Source: an uncultured Ruficoccus sp. (GTDB taxonomy: Bacteria > Verrucomicrobiota > Verrucomicrobiia > Opitutales > Cerasicoccaceae). Taken from it: a stretch of 64,000 bases of DNA. The notes below the pieces were generated by a model, which saw nothing but the letters and a program-made list of their open reading frames with translations, did no database searches and was not told the DNA's origin. Below, piece by piece: positions 19,802 to 29,378 of this stretch; positions within the stretch are counted from its first letter, which is position 1; every line of letters starts with the position of its first letter. The position numbers were made by a program, and so were the translations under genes. The stretch lies in NCBI GenBank assembly GCA_965140785.1, contig OZ223489.1, positions 32,001-96,000 of the forward strand, given 5' to 3'.

Positions 19802-20872
19802 ATGACACAGACGCTGGAAACCGGATATGGGAAACTGACGGGCATCACGAGTGCCATGACCTTTAAAGACGGCTCCCTGAAGTCGTGCATGCTCAACGCC
19901 GAGAACCGGGTGCACACGCCGGTCGGGGAAATCGTCCCGCAGTATCGAATGGCCGAGCTGGGCGAGCGGCAGAGAAAGCACCGCGCCTCGCTGAGCTTTC
20001 ACGCCAACGGTCGGCTCAAGAGCGCGTCCCTGGACCGGGCGACCTCGCTCCAGACGCCCATCGGCCCGTTCAAGGCGGAGTTCGTCACCTTCCACGAGGA
20101 CGGTTCGCTCAACCGCCTCTTTCCGCTCAACGGCCAGATCGACGGCTTCTGGACCGAGCAGATGGAGCGGGAACTGGCCGAGGTGCTGGACTTCGACCTG
20201 CCAGTGGGGAAGTTCAGCGCGAAAGTCATCAGCCTGCACTTTTACCCGGACGGCGCCCTCAAGTCGCTCACCCTCTGGCCCGGCGAACGCCTCACGATCG
20301 AAACACCCGTCGGGGCCATGCGCATCCGCACCGGTTTCTCCCTCTATGAAAACGGCTCGATCCGCTCGGTCGAGCCCGCCGGCCCGGTCGAGCTGGCCAC
20401 CCCCATCGGCCTGGTCAAAGCCTTCGACCCGGAAATGATCGGCATGAACGCCGACCAGAACTCCGTGCAATTCGATCCCGACGGCCTGCTGACCTCGGTC
20501 AAGACGATCCACACCGGTCTGTGCGTGACCGCGCCGGGTCAGCCCGAAACCGTCATCGAGCCGCTCGAAACCGAGAGCCTGATCGAGATGGCCGCCATGC
20601 GCACGGTGCCGATGCAGATTGATTTTACGGCTGGTACGGTGCAGGTCGTCGCCGCGCGCGAGCACAGCTTCGATCTCCCGACCGTCACGCTGGCGACCTT
20701 CGAGCGCGAGCGGGTCATCCGCGAATCCTGCGGCTCCTGCAACGGCTGCGAGGGCGACGCCAGCGACAAAGGCGACGACAGTTCCTCCTGCTGCGGCGGT
20801 GGTTCCTGCGGAGGAACCGACGAGCGCTGCGCCGACTGCAAGGACGACGAGACCTGTTGCCGGAATCAATAG
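19802..20872 (+). CDS. Hypothetical beta-repeat protein with Cys-rich C-terminal tail
   Basis: Repeated (F/Y)xxxGxLKS...TPxG units; tail with CGSCNGC, CCGGGSC, CADC, CC. Confidence 0.7.
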   Translation: MTQTLETGYGKLTGITSAMTFKDGSLKSCMLNAENRVHTPVGEIVPQYRMAELGERQRKHRASLSFHANGRLKSASLDRATSLQTPIGPFKAEFVTFHEDGSLNRLFPLNGQIDGFWTEQMERELAEVLDFDLPVGKFSAKVISLHFYPDGALKSLTLWPGERLTIETPVGAMRIRTGFSLYENGSIRSVEPAGPVELATPIGLVKAFDPEMIGMNADQNSVQFDPDGLLTSVKTIHTGLCVTAPGQPETVIEPLETESLIEMAAMRTVPMQIDFTAGTVQVVAAREHSFDLPTVTLATFERERVIRESCGSCNGCEGDASDKGDDSSSCCGGGSCGGTDERCADCKDDETCCRNQ

Positions 20873-20917
20873 GCCCTATGGCATTTCCCCAAGAAATGCC
20901 ATTCTGGTGCGCAGCAA

Positions 20918-21520
20918 CTAAGGTGAAGGACGGCGTCCTTCCAGAAAATTTTTCTCCAAACACTGGCGCAGGGCCATGCGGGCGCGGTGGAGGATGGTCC
21001 ACAAGTTCTGCGGGGTGATGTCCATCTGTTCGCAGATCTCGGGGCTGGGCATGCCGTCGATCTCACGCAGGATGAAAACCTGGCGAATCTTGTCCGGGAG
21101 CTTGGCCGCGCAGGCGTGAAAGTGCTGCATGAACTCGGCCCGGTCGAGCTTCTGCACGGCCTCGGGCGTCCAATCTCCCGGCACGGCCTCGTTGGTGTAG
21201 TTCCACGCGCCGTCCTCGCTGAAGAGTTCGCTCTCCTCCTTTTCGAAGAAGCCGGCCAGCTCGCTCATCGACTGGGTGCGGTTCTTTTTGCGGTAGTAGT
21301 CGATGATCTTGTTCTTGAGAATGCCGGTCAGCCAGGTCTTGACCGAGGAACGCCCGGAGAAGTTCTCCTTCGCCTTCATCGCGGCCAGAAAGGTGTCCTG
21401 CACCAGGTCCTCGGCCAGCGTCGGGTTGTTGACGCGGAAATAGGCGAAGCGGTACAGGGCGTCCCCATACTCGTCCACCCAGTCAGCCGGGTCGGGCGCC
21501 GTGGTATTATCCGCTGGCAT
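20918..21520 (-). CDS. ECF RNA polymerase sigma factor
   Basis: AEDLVQDTFL, TWLTGILKNKIID, LREIDG, LHRARMALRQCL. Confidence 0.92.
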   Translation of the reverse strand: MPADNTTAPDPADWVDEYGDALYRFAYFRVNNPTLAEDLVQDTFLAAMKAKENFSGRSSVKTWLTGILKNKIIDYYRKKNRTQSMSELAGFFEKEESELFSEDGAWNYTNEAVPGDWTPEAVQKLDRAEFMQHFHACAAKLPDKIRQVFILREIDGMPSPEICEQMDITPQNLWTILHRARMALRQCLEKNFLEGRRPSP

Positions 21521-21612
21521 GGAATCCGCTTCGTGTAACAGGTTCAGTGATAATTTCCGCGCGGGGAAAGTTAGGATTAACCTCTCCGCATTCTCCTGCT
21601 ATTCAACCTGTC

Positions 21613-22473
21613 ATGAAGGAATACTACGAGCAAAATCAACTCCCTCATCCCCATCTGCCAGCCTGCCCGATCGACCGCAAGCTGGCCGGGCAGAAAGCGC
21701 TTGTGACCGGGGCCAACTCCGGCATCGGCGAAGCCGTCGCCATCGCCCTGGCCAAGGCCGGGGCCGATGTGTGCATCAACTACGTCACCCGTCCCGAAGT
21801 GGCCCAGCAGGTCGCCGACAAGGCCGCCGAGTGCGGCTCGAAGGCCATCATCGCGCAGGCCGACGTCAGCCAGGAGGACCAGGTGCAGGCCATGTTTAAA
21901 AAGTGCTTCGACGAGTTCGGCACGCTCGACATCGTCGTGCCCAACGCCGGGGTCCAGATCGACCACCCGATCGAGGAGATGAGCGTCGAACACTGGGACA
22001 AGCTCATGGGCATCAACCTGCGCGGTCAGTTCCTGTGTTGCCGCGAGGCGATCAAGGAGTTCAAGCGCCGCGGCGTCGTCCCCGATGTTTCCTGCGCCGC
22101 CGGCAAGATCATCTGCATGAGCAGCGTGCACGACATCATCCCCTGGGCCGGGCACGTCAACTACGCCTCGTCCAAGGGCGGCATTTCCATGATGATGAAA
22201 AGCATCGCCCAGGAGGTTGCCCCCTTCCGCATCCGCTGTAACGCCATCTGCCCCGGCGCCATCCGCACGCCCATCAACCATGAAGCTTGGTCGAACCGCG
22301 AGGCCTACGACTCGCTGATGAAGCTCGTCCCCTACAAGCGCATCGGCGAACCCGAGGACATCGGCCGCGCCGCTGTCTGGCTGGCCAGCGACGAGAGCGA
22401 CTACGTCACCGGCACCAACCTCTACGTGGACGGCGGCATGACCCTCTACCCCGGCTTCGAAACCGGCGGTTGA
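21613..22473 (+). CDS. SDR oxidoreductase, glucose 1-dehydrogenase-like
   Basis: TGANSGIG, SSVHDIIPW, YASSKGG, PGAIRTPIN. Confidence 0.88.
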   Translation: MKEYYEQNQLPHPHLPACPIDRKLAGQKALVTGANSGIGEAVAIALAKAGADVCINYVTRPEVAQQVADKAAECGSKAIIAQADVSQEDQVQAMFKKCFDEFGTLDIVVPNAGVQIDHPIEEMSVEHWDKLMGINLRGQFLCCREAIKEFKRRGVVPDVSCAAGKIICMSSVHDIIPWAGHVNYASSKGGISMMMKSIAQEVAPFRIRCNAICPGAIRTPINHEAWSNREAYDSLMKLVPYKRIGEPEDIGRAAVWLASDESDYVTGTNLYVDGGMTLYPGFETGG

Positions 22474-22498
22474 GCTACGACTCGATGCTTTTAATAGC

Positions 22499-22531
22499 AA
22501 AAAAACGGCGGTTTATCACCGCCGTTTTTTT
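22499..22531. terminator. Bidirectional intrinsic terminator
   Basis: A7-CGGCGG...CCGCCG-T7 between convergent genes. Confidence 0.85.
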
Positions 22532-22619
22532 AGGCCCATGCGCCGGAAAAGGCTCTGGGCAAATACTAATTTTGTTCACGTCCGCCTACCATGAACGGTT
22601 AAAGCATCGGAAACAGACC

Positions 22620-23201
22620 TTAGCTTCGGCGGCGGCGACGCAGCACCACCAATGAGGCCAAGCCCGCCAAAGCCAGCGTCACGGCAAAATGTCCGGGCTC
22701 AGGAATGACGCTCCACTGTCCCAGGATTTTCCCGCTGCCTGAACCTCCGTTTCCAACTGTGATATCACCCGTGCTGCCAAAGGCGATCTCGACTCCGGAC
22801 ATATCCAGAGAGGATGCACCGATAAAAGCGACCTGATCCGTAGTATAGTTAATATCAGAAAAAGTTTCAGGCGCACCCGTAGTGTTTTTCAAGTACAAGT
22901 TAGTATTAGTAGAAGAATTCTCAGCCGTACTAAAATCGGCGTCTATCCCAATAGGAGCCAATCCGGGGCTCAACTCAAATGTATTAAATATACCTTCCTC
23001 TTGAAAGAAATCTTGAAGAGTTATGCCTATTGCAAGGATGCTATCGCTATCATTAACAGCAGAGTAATTATCTGTCGCCGTGATTTTCACATCAGCCATA
23101 TTGCTGATATCAATGATGAGCAGCACGTCGGCTCGAGCCGACAGCGTAGACACGGTAAACCCGATTAATAGACAGATCCAAACATTGAGCACACATTTCA
23201 T
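22620..23201 (-). CDS. PEP-CTERM exosortase substrate
   Basis: Signal peptide; C-terminal IPEP + TM + RRRRRS; AT-rich. Confidence 0.88.
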   Translation of the reverse strand: MKCVLNVWICLLIGFTVSTLSARADVLLIIDISNMADVKITATDNYSAVNDSDSILAIGITLQDFFQEEGIFNTFELSPGLAPIGIDADFSTAENSSTNTNLYLKNTTGAPETFSDINYTTDQVAFIGASSLDMSGVEIAFGSTGDITVGNGGSGSGKILGQWSVIPEPGHFAVTLALAGLASLVVLRRRRRS

Positions 23202-23316
23202 ATATATCTCACTCCAAGAGAATCGTTTAGCGAGATCAAGACTCTTTCTGCACAAATCAAAGTATTCGCTCTTAAAACTGCTTGCACGCTCACTTCATGC
23301 ACCATTTTCATGACGT

Positions 23317-24114
23317 ATGCGAAATGAACTGCCCGTCGCCCTCACCATCGCCACCTCCGACAGCGGAGCCGGGGCCGGCGTGCAGGCCGACCTGCTGACT
23401 TTTGCCGCCCGCGGCGTGTACGGCGTGACGGCTTTCGCCGCCCTCACCGCGCAGAACCCCGACGGCGTCAGCGCCATCGAAGAGCTCCCGCCGGAGTTCC
23501 TCCAGGCTCAGCTCGACCAGCTCGCCGCCTACTTCCCCATCCGCGCACTCAAGACCGGGATGCTCTTCTCCGCGCCCCTGATCGAGATGACCGCCCGGTT
23601 CATCGAGCGCGAAAGCATTCCCGCCGTAGTCGATCCGGTCATGGTCTCCACCTCCGGCGCGGTCCTGCTCCAGCCCGCAGCCATCGCCACGCTGGAAAAG
23701 AAGCTGCTCCCGCGCGCCGTCCTTATCACCCCCAACCTCGACGAGGCCGCTGTCCTGCTCGGGCGCGAAGTAAAGAGCGAAACCGATCTCGCCGCCACCG
23801 CCGCCGAACTGAGCGAGCGCTACGGCACCGCCGTCCTGCTCAAGGGCGGCCACCTGCCCGGCGGCACGCTCATCGACACCCTCTCCCGGCCCGGCGAGGC
23901 ACCGCTCCAGCTCACATCCGAACGTATTGAAAATATCAATACACACGGCAGCGGCTGCACCCTCTCCGCCGCCATCGCCGCCGAGCTGGCCAAAGGACTT
24001 TCCCTGCCCGATGCCGTCCGCGCCGCCCACGCTTATCTGCAGGCAGCGATGAAGCAGCCGGTCCTCGTTCGCGGGGAGCGCTTCATCGGACACGGGGTGG
24101 GATTAAATTCATGA
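23317..24114 (+). CDS. thiD: Hydroxymethylpyrimidine/phosphomethylpyrimidine kinase
   Basis: SDSGAGAGVQADL, TPNLDEA, LKGGH, THGSGCTLS. Confidence 0.93.
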   Translation: MRNELPVALTIATSDSGAGAGVQADLLTFAARGVYGVTAFAALTAQNPDGVSAIEELPPEFLQAQLDQLAAYFPIRALKTGMLFSAPLIEMTARFIERESIPAVVDPVMVSTSGAVLLQPAAIATLEKKLLPRAVLITPNLDEAAVLLGREVKSETDLAATAAELSERYGTAVLLKGGHLPGGTLIDTLSRPGEAPLQLTSERIENINTHGSGCTLSAAIAAELAKGLSLPDAVRAAHAYLQAAMKQPVLVRGERFIGHGVGLNS

Positions 24115-25812
24115 ATGGATAGAGCCATGCCCGCCCCGCTGACCGATGGACCCGCCGCCCGTTCGCAAGGACATGCGCCGTTGGTATGGCTGGCCGCGCC
24201 GCTGGTCTGGGGTTACGTGCTGGCACGGGAGCTGGGCACGGATATTTCGCCGGGCTGGCTGGTTGCGTTTGGGATGGCCGTGGCCCTGACCGCACTGCTG
24301 CTGACGCTGCGCGAGCAGTGGTTCGTGCGACCGGCATGGGGCTTTCTCCTGGTGCTGGCGGGAACGTTTCTGTGCTGGGCGTATTATCTGGTGCGCGAGC
24401 CGCCGCCGGTCCCGGCGGGGGAGTTTCTCCCGCGCGAGGCCGAGGTGGTGCTGGAGGTCGAACGGCTCTTCCAGACCGACCCGGCCTTTCCCCGGCTGAG
24501 CGGACAGGCGATAGTCGTGGAAGCCCCGGCCCGGCAGCCGGAGCTGCGCGGCCAGCCGCTGGCCTTCTCGTTGTGGGCAGAGAATATCGCCCGCGCCCAG
24601 GCGCTGCCGGGCGCGCACATCCGCGCGCGCGGAAAAGTCACTCGGCTCGATCCGGCGGCGGAGCTGAGCGACTTCGAGCGCTACCTGAGCGACAGCGGCA
24701 CGGCCTTCTGGCTCGGACAAGGAAACGTTCTCGCGGTGGATCGGCCCGCCGGGGCCTTTCGTCAATGGTGCCACCGGATCAACCGACGCATTGCCGACAC
24801 CCTCAAGCGCGGGGCCGACACCCCCGGGACACAGGCGCTGGCCGGGGTCGCCACCGCGATGTTTCTCGGGGATAAAAGCGCCCTGCAGCGGCAGCAGAAG
24901 GAAACCTTTATCGCCAGCGGGACGATGCACCTGTTCGCCGTCAGCGGGCTGCACGTGGGAATCATCGCCGGGGCGCTCGCGCTGATGCTGCGGGTGTTAC
25001 GCGTGCCCGGCCCGGCGGCGGCGGGGCTCGGGCTGGCGCTCCTGTTGCTCTACGTGCAGATCATCGGCGTGCCGCCCTCGGCGCTGCGGGCGTTTCTGAT
25101 GGTGGCTTTTTACTGGGGGGCGCAGGTCGTCCGGCGCAAGCCCGCTCCCTTCTCCGCGCTGCTGGCCTCGGCGGTAGCCGTGCTCCTGATCGACCCGCGA
25201 CAGCTGTTCGGAGCGGGCTTCCAGCTCTCGTATCTGGTGGTGGCCGCGCTGCTGCTGTACGCCGCGCCTCTGACCGAGTGGGCCAACGCCTGGCTCGACC
25301 CGTACCGGCTGATCCCGGAGGGCAGCCTGAGTCGCACGCAACGCCTGCTGCGCAAAAGCCTCCACGTGCTCAACGGCTCGCTGGCGGTCTCGGTGGCGGC
25401 GTTCATTTTCGCCACGCCACTGACGATCGAGTATTTTCACATTTTCGCTCCCGGCGCCATTCTCCTGAACCTGATCCTGATCCCGCTGGCGACGGCGGTC
25501 ATCGTCGTGGCGCTGGTGGCGGCCGTGCTCGGGCTGGCCGGAGTCGGCCTGCTCAGCGGCTGGCTCAATCCCCTGGCCTGGGCGGCAGTCTGGGAAATGT
25601 GGGTCGTGGTCAGCGCCGCCGTGCGCCTGCCCGGCGGTTTCTGGCAGGCGGAGTTTGCGGCTTCGTGGCTGCCGCCACTGGCCGCGCTGTTCCTGCTGGG
25701 GAGCCTGCTCATCGTCGCCCGCTGGGCCCGCACGCGCCCGGTCGTCTTTTTGCTGCCGCCGGTAATTCTCGCCCCCGTGCTTGTCTTCGGGGCGAATTTC
25801 GCCAACCTTTGA
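24115..25812 (+). CDS. comEC: ComEC/Rec2 competence protein (no C-terminal MBL domain)
   Basis: GTMHLFAVSGLHV, PSALRA, GFQLSY. Confidence 0.9.
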   Translation: MDRAMPAPLTDGPAARSQGHAPLVWLAAPLVWGYVLARELGTDISPGWLVAFGMAVALTALLLTLREQWFVRPAWGFLLVLAGTFLCWAYYLVREPPPVPAGEFLPREAEVVLEVERLFQTDPAFPRLSGQAIVVEAPARQPELRGQPLAFSLWAENIARAQALPGAHIRARGKVTRLDPAAELSDFERYLSDSGTAFWLGQGNVLAVDRPAGAFRQWCHRINRRIADTLKRGADTPGTQALAGVATAMFLGDKSALQRQQKETFIASGTMHLFAVSGLHVGIIAGALALMLRVLRVPGPAAAGLGLALLLLYVQIIGVPPSALRAFLMVAFYWGAQVVRRKPAPFSALLASAVAVLLIDPRQLFGAGFQLSYLVVAALLLYAAPLTEWANAWLDPYRLIPEGSLSRTQRLLRKSLHVLNGSLAVSVAAFIFATPLTIEYFHIFAPGAILLNLILIPLATAVIVVALVAAVLGLAGVGLLSGWLNPLAWAAVWEMWVVVSAAVRLPGGFWQAEFAASWLPPLAALFLLGSLLIVARWARTRPVVFLLPPVILAPVLVFGANFANL

Positions 25813-25816
25813 CCCT

Positions 25817-26083
25817 ATGAAGAGCGCTTACGAACTTGCCATGGAACGGCTCGAAAAGCAGGAGCCGACCGCCAAGCTGACCGAGGAACAGAAGACCGAG
25901 CTTGGAAATATCGACATGAAGTACGACGCCAAGATCGCCGAGAAGGACGTCTTTCTCAAAGAGCAGATGGCCAAGGCCCAGCCCGAGGAACGCCAGGCGA
26001 TCGAAAAACAACTCGTCAACGAGCGCGCCCGCCTAAATGAGGAGCGCGAAGCGGCCAAGCAGAAGATTCGCTCCGGCGAATAA
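25817..26083 (+). CDS. Hypothetical coiled-coil protein
   Basis: MKSAYELAMERL..., host-like codon usage. Confidence 0.7.
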   Translation: MKSAYELAMERLEKQEPTAKLTEEQKTELGNIDMKYDAKIAEKDVFLKEQMAKAQPEERQAIEKQLVNERARLNEEREAAKQKIRSGE

Positions 26084-26214
26084 CGTCTTGCAACTGCCGG
26101 ACTAGCCGCCTGTCTGGCGGCGTAGAGGCGCGGCCCCTCAATCTCGAATGCCGCAAGCCCCGTGGGCAAAGCCACATAAATCCAGGTCCACCCGGACCCG
26201 TCACAGCCGGAGCG

Positions 26215-26243
26215 CAAAAAACGCCGCCCTTGGGAGGCGGCGT
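26215..26243 (-). terminator. Intrinsic terminator of L36-L31 operon
   Basis: ACGCCGCC/GGCGGCGT stem with U tract on minus strand. Confidence 0.75.
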
Positions 26244-26271
26244 CCGGAAAGAAAAAAGTGAGCCGTGAGGC

Positions 26272-26523
26272 TTACTTGCCGCGGCGGCGGCGGAACTTGT
26301 TCTGGAACTTTTCCACGCGGCCGGCGGTGTCCACGAAGCGCTTCTCACCGGTAAAGGCCGGGTGCGAGTGGCTCGTCACGTCGCAAACCATCACGCCGTA
26401 CTCGACGCCATCGATGGTTTCCTTCTGGCTGGCACGAGCGGTGGAACGGGTCAGAAACTTGTTGCCCGTTTCGACGTCCACGAAGGCGACGGGCTGGTAC
26501 TTGGGATGAATATCTTTTTTCAC
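26272..26523 (-). CDS. rpmE2: 50S ribosomal protein L31, type B
   Basis: MKKDIHPKY, SHPAFTG, VDTAGRVEKF; no CxxC pairs. Confidence 0.93.
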   Translation of the reverse strand: MKKDIHPKYQPVAFVDVETGNKFLTRSTARASQKETIDGVEYGVMVCDVTSHSHPAFTGEKRFVDTAGRVEKFQNKFRRRRGK

Positions 26524-26539
26524 GGTTACGCCTGAAAGG

Positions 26540-26665
26540 TTAGCCCTGCCGCGCCTTGAAGCGGGGGTTGGTTTTGTTGATCACGTAAATGCGGCCACGA
26601 CGGCGGACTACCTGGCAGTCCGGGTGCCGGTTCTTGAGCGACTTGATGGAGGATACGACTTTCAT
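26540..26665 (-). CDS. rpmJ: 50S ribosomal protein L36, type B (absent from ORF track)
   Basis: Hand translation [41 protein letters not shown]. Confidence 0.95.
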   Translation of the reverse strand: MKVVSSIKSLKNRHPDCQVVRRRGRIYVINKTNPRFKARQG

Positions 26666-26818
26666 GGGTCTGAAATTGATGGAAAGCGGACGAAAAAAGA
26701 CCTCCGCGCCAGTAATGTCAAGCGACTATTTTCCCCGATTGCAGGTTACACCTGCCAGCATTCATGAGGCTCCGCCCCATCGCTCTCAGTTAATGGTAAT
26801 TTGCCTACAGATTTCGTG

Positions 26819-26947
26819 CCCTACCTGTGCGGGACGAGTGAGATTTGTTTGAACTGGCGACAATCACCATGGCCCATGCCGCCGCGTTAGCGGCGGCATC
26901 AGTGATGCCTGAGCATCACAGGTGCAGGACTATGTCCTGCCGCTCCC
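26819..26947. repeat. Structured dispersed repeat, copy 1 (copy 2 at 55577)
   Basis: 80-bp core matches 55577-55656 with 6 mismatches; shared TCACAGGTGCAGGAC. Confidence 0.8.
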
Positions 26948-27030
26948 TGAAGGTAGCTGCCCCATGCGTCGTTTTCCGACTCTCGAACACGATCTACACG
27001 AGGATAGTCCCCCTGAAGCTAGTACAGCGG

Positions 27031-27139
27031 CGCCCGGGGTAGCGGCCTTTCTGGCCGCGTAGGGGCAGCGCCCCTCAGTGCCCGCAGGTGCAACCTGCCG
27101 TAGGGGCAAAGCCCCTTTATGTCCCGTGCGGTCACGCAC
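27031..27139. repeat. REP/BIME-like hairpin mosaic, inverted orientation
   Basis: GTAGCGGCCTTTCTGGCCGC, GTAGGGGCAGCGCCCCT, CAGGTGCAACCTG, GTGCGGTCACGCAC. Confidence 0.8.
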
Positions 27140-27866
27140 TCCAGATGCCGAGGGCTTCGAGCTGGGCGGTAGCCTGGGGGGCCCAGCCGCGGTTGGCGAT
27201 GGGGCTGGCCGGACTGGGGTGCAGGACGGTACCGATCTTCGGGCCGCCGGAGCCAAGCGCCTCGCGGGCGCGCCCCTCGGCGAACTTACCCACGCCGATC
27301 ACCCACTCGGGCTGGAGCGCGGCGACGACGGCGCGCAGGTGCTCGTCGCAGAGGGCCAGGAGCGGGGCCAGATCGGTCGCGGAGAGCTTGTCGGGGGCGA
27401 TGTTGCGGCAGCCTTTTGCGTCGGCCTGGAGAAAGAGTAGCGGGATGTAGTTGGCCACGAAGTGCTCGCGAAAAAAGTTCTCCGCCGAGCCGAATTTCTC
27501 CGCGAAAAGCCCCCAAAGCCGCCGCCCGCTGACCTCGGAGCGGGTGCAGGCGAAGCCGTCCACCGGGCGCTTGGGGTGCTCGACGGGGGGCTTGCCGACC
27601 GGGGCCTCGATGCCGACCCACTCGCGTACGGCGGCGATTTCGCCAAAAGGCACGCCGGTCTGGGCCATGCCGAAGGGGCCGGGATTCATGCCGAAAAAGA
27701 GCACACGCTTGCGGGTGGCGCCCCATTTTTTCAGGTACTGGGCGTGCGGCTCCCAGGCGTAATCCAGCGGCTGGTAAACATGCGTCACGGGCGGGCCGAA
27801 GCGCAGGTCCGCAAGTTTTTCGCGCAGGTGAAGGGCTGAGCTTTGCAGTTGTTCGGAGATCGACAT
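27132..27866 (-). CDS. SMUG1-like uracil-DNA glycosylase (UDG family 3)
   Basis: GMNPGPFGMAQTGVPFGE, SEVSGRR, HPSPASP. Confidence 0.92.
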   Translation of the reverse strand: MSISEQLQSSALHLREKLADLRFGPPVTHVYQPLDYAWEPHAQYLKKWGATRKRVLFFGMNPGPFGMAQTGVPFGEIAAVREWVGIEAPVGKPPVEHPKRPVDGFACTRSEVSGRRLWGLFAEKFGSAENFFREHFVANYIPLLFLQADAKGCRNIAPDKLSATDLAPLLALCDEHLRAVVAALQPEWVIGVGKFAEGRAREALGSGGPKIGTVLHPSPASPIANRGWAPQATAQLEALGIWSA

Positions 27867-27963
27867 GGGATTAGGGTGGCGGTGAAAATCTTTTTGGAAC
27901 AAGCAGGCTCGAACGCGGCCTGAATTTATCAAACTCGTCTGGATTCATGCCGGAAACCCTCCC

Positions 27964-29220
27964 ATGCGCAAGCTCGCACGCACCCTCACCGCCTTTCTGT
28001 CCGTCTTTCTGCTCAGCCAAGCCCTGCTCCTGCGGGCCGAACAAATGACCAGTCTCGGCCAAAGCCCCGTGTGGAGCGAGCTGGACAAGTACCAGCGCAC
28101 ACTCACGCGGAAGGAGTTTTTAGACCGGCTCGACACGCTCTACGCCCCCGGCGGCGCCTGGCGCGAGACCATCGTCATCACCGATGAGGTCGCGCTCATC
28201 CGCACGGGCGATGGTACCCGGGCCTACCGGCTGGCCTTCGCCGCGAGTCCCGAAACCGCCGCCCCTGTCCCCCGACTCTGGCGCGCGCCGGAGGAGTTGT
28301 TGTCCGCCGCACCGGCGGACCAGCCGCTGACCGGCTGGAGAATCGCGCTCGACCCCGGCCACCTCGGCGGGAAATACGGCCCCATGGAAGGGCGCAGCTG
28401 GCGCATCGGCGAAGGACCGGTTATCCAGGAGGGCGACCTCGTGCTGGCCGTGGCCGAAGTTTTACGGGACAAACTCGAAAGCCTCGGGGCGGTCGTCAGT
28501 CTTGTGCGCAAGGGGCCGGGACCCGTTACCACCGAGACGCCGGAGTCCCTGCGTCCACAGGCCGAGGCGTGGTATGCCGACCTTCACCCGGATGGTCCGC
28601 CACCGGAGGAAGCAGACATCCAGAAGTTGAGCGACCTGCTTTTTTACCGGGTGAGCGAGATTCGCGCCCGCGCCGAGCGTGTCAATGAAGCCATCCGGCC
28701 CGACCTGGTCCTCTGCCTGCACCTGAACGCCGAGGATTTTCCCGACCCCGAGCACCCCACCCTGCTGGAGCCCAACCACATGCACGCGCTGGTCAACGGC
28801 GCCTACAGCGCAGAGGAACTGGCCTACGACGACATCCGACAGCAGATGCTGGTCAAGCTGCTCAATGGCTCCGGCCCGGTCGAGACCGAGGTGGCAGTCG
28901 CCGTCACCGCCTCCCTGGCCGATGCTACCGGGATGCCGCCCTTCACGTATACCGGCTCGAATGCCGTGGCCGTGCCCGGCCAGCCCTATGTGTGGGGACG
29001 CAACCTGCTGGCCAACCGCCTCTACGCCTGCCCGGTCGTCTTTCTGGAGCCCTACGTGGCCAACAGCCGGGCGGTTTACCCGCGGCTCCAGGCCGAGGTG
29101 GAGGCCGGCCAACCGCTGCCCGACGGCCTGATCGAGGAATACGCCGAGGCCGTCACCCAAGGGCTGCTGGCCCTGCGCACCACCATCACCGAGTCGGACG
29201 AAAAAGGCACGGAGCATTGA
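27964..29220 (+). CDS. Exported N-acetylmuramoyl-L-alanine amidase (Amidase_3-like)
   Basis: IALDPGH, E, LCLHLNA, VFLE Zn-amidase motifs; signal peptide. Confidence 0.7.
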   Translation: MRKLARTLTAFLSVFLLSQALLLRAEQMTSLGQSPVWSELDKYQRTLTRKEFLDRLDTLYAPGGAWRETIVITDEVALIRTGDGTRAYRLAFAASPETAAPVPRLWRAPEELLSAAPADQPLTGWRIALDPGHLGGKYGPMEGRSWRIGEGPVIQEGDLVLAVAEVLRDKLESLGAVVSLVRKGPGPVTTETPESLRPQAEAWYADLHPDGPPPEEADIQKLSDLLFYRVSEIRARAERVNEAIRPDLVLCLHLNAEDFPDPEHPTLLEPNHMHALVNGAYSAEELAYDDIRQQMLVKLLNGSGPVETEVAVAVTASLADATGMPPFTYTGSNAVAVPGQPYVWGRNLLANRLYACPVVFLEPYVANSRAVYPRLQAEVEAGQPLPDGLIEEYAEAVTQGLLALRTTITESDEKGTEH

Positions 29221-29317
29221 CGGAGCACGGTTCCGTCCGCCTTTTCGCCGCTTTTTCGACGCTTTTTGCGTCCGGTATTCGGTGCACAGAGCAGTTTTTT
29301 TAAAGAAAATGCAAAAT

Positions 29318-29339
29318 CGTAACGCGCCCGTAACATTCG
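29318..29339 (+). promoter_or_regulatory. Pho-box-like direct repeat
   Basis: CGTAAC repeated at 11-bp spacing upstream of pstS, followed by -10-like GATAAT/TATACT. Confidence 0.45.
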
Positions 29340-29378
29340 CCTGATAATATACTGCGTTTTTAGCCGATAGTCTTTGCC

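Noticed and set aside
26810..26930. Hammerhead ribozyme in the dispersed repeat
   Set aside because: Minus strand has CUGAUGC rather than CUGAUGA, and the motif is absent from the second copy
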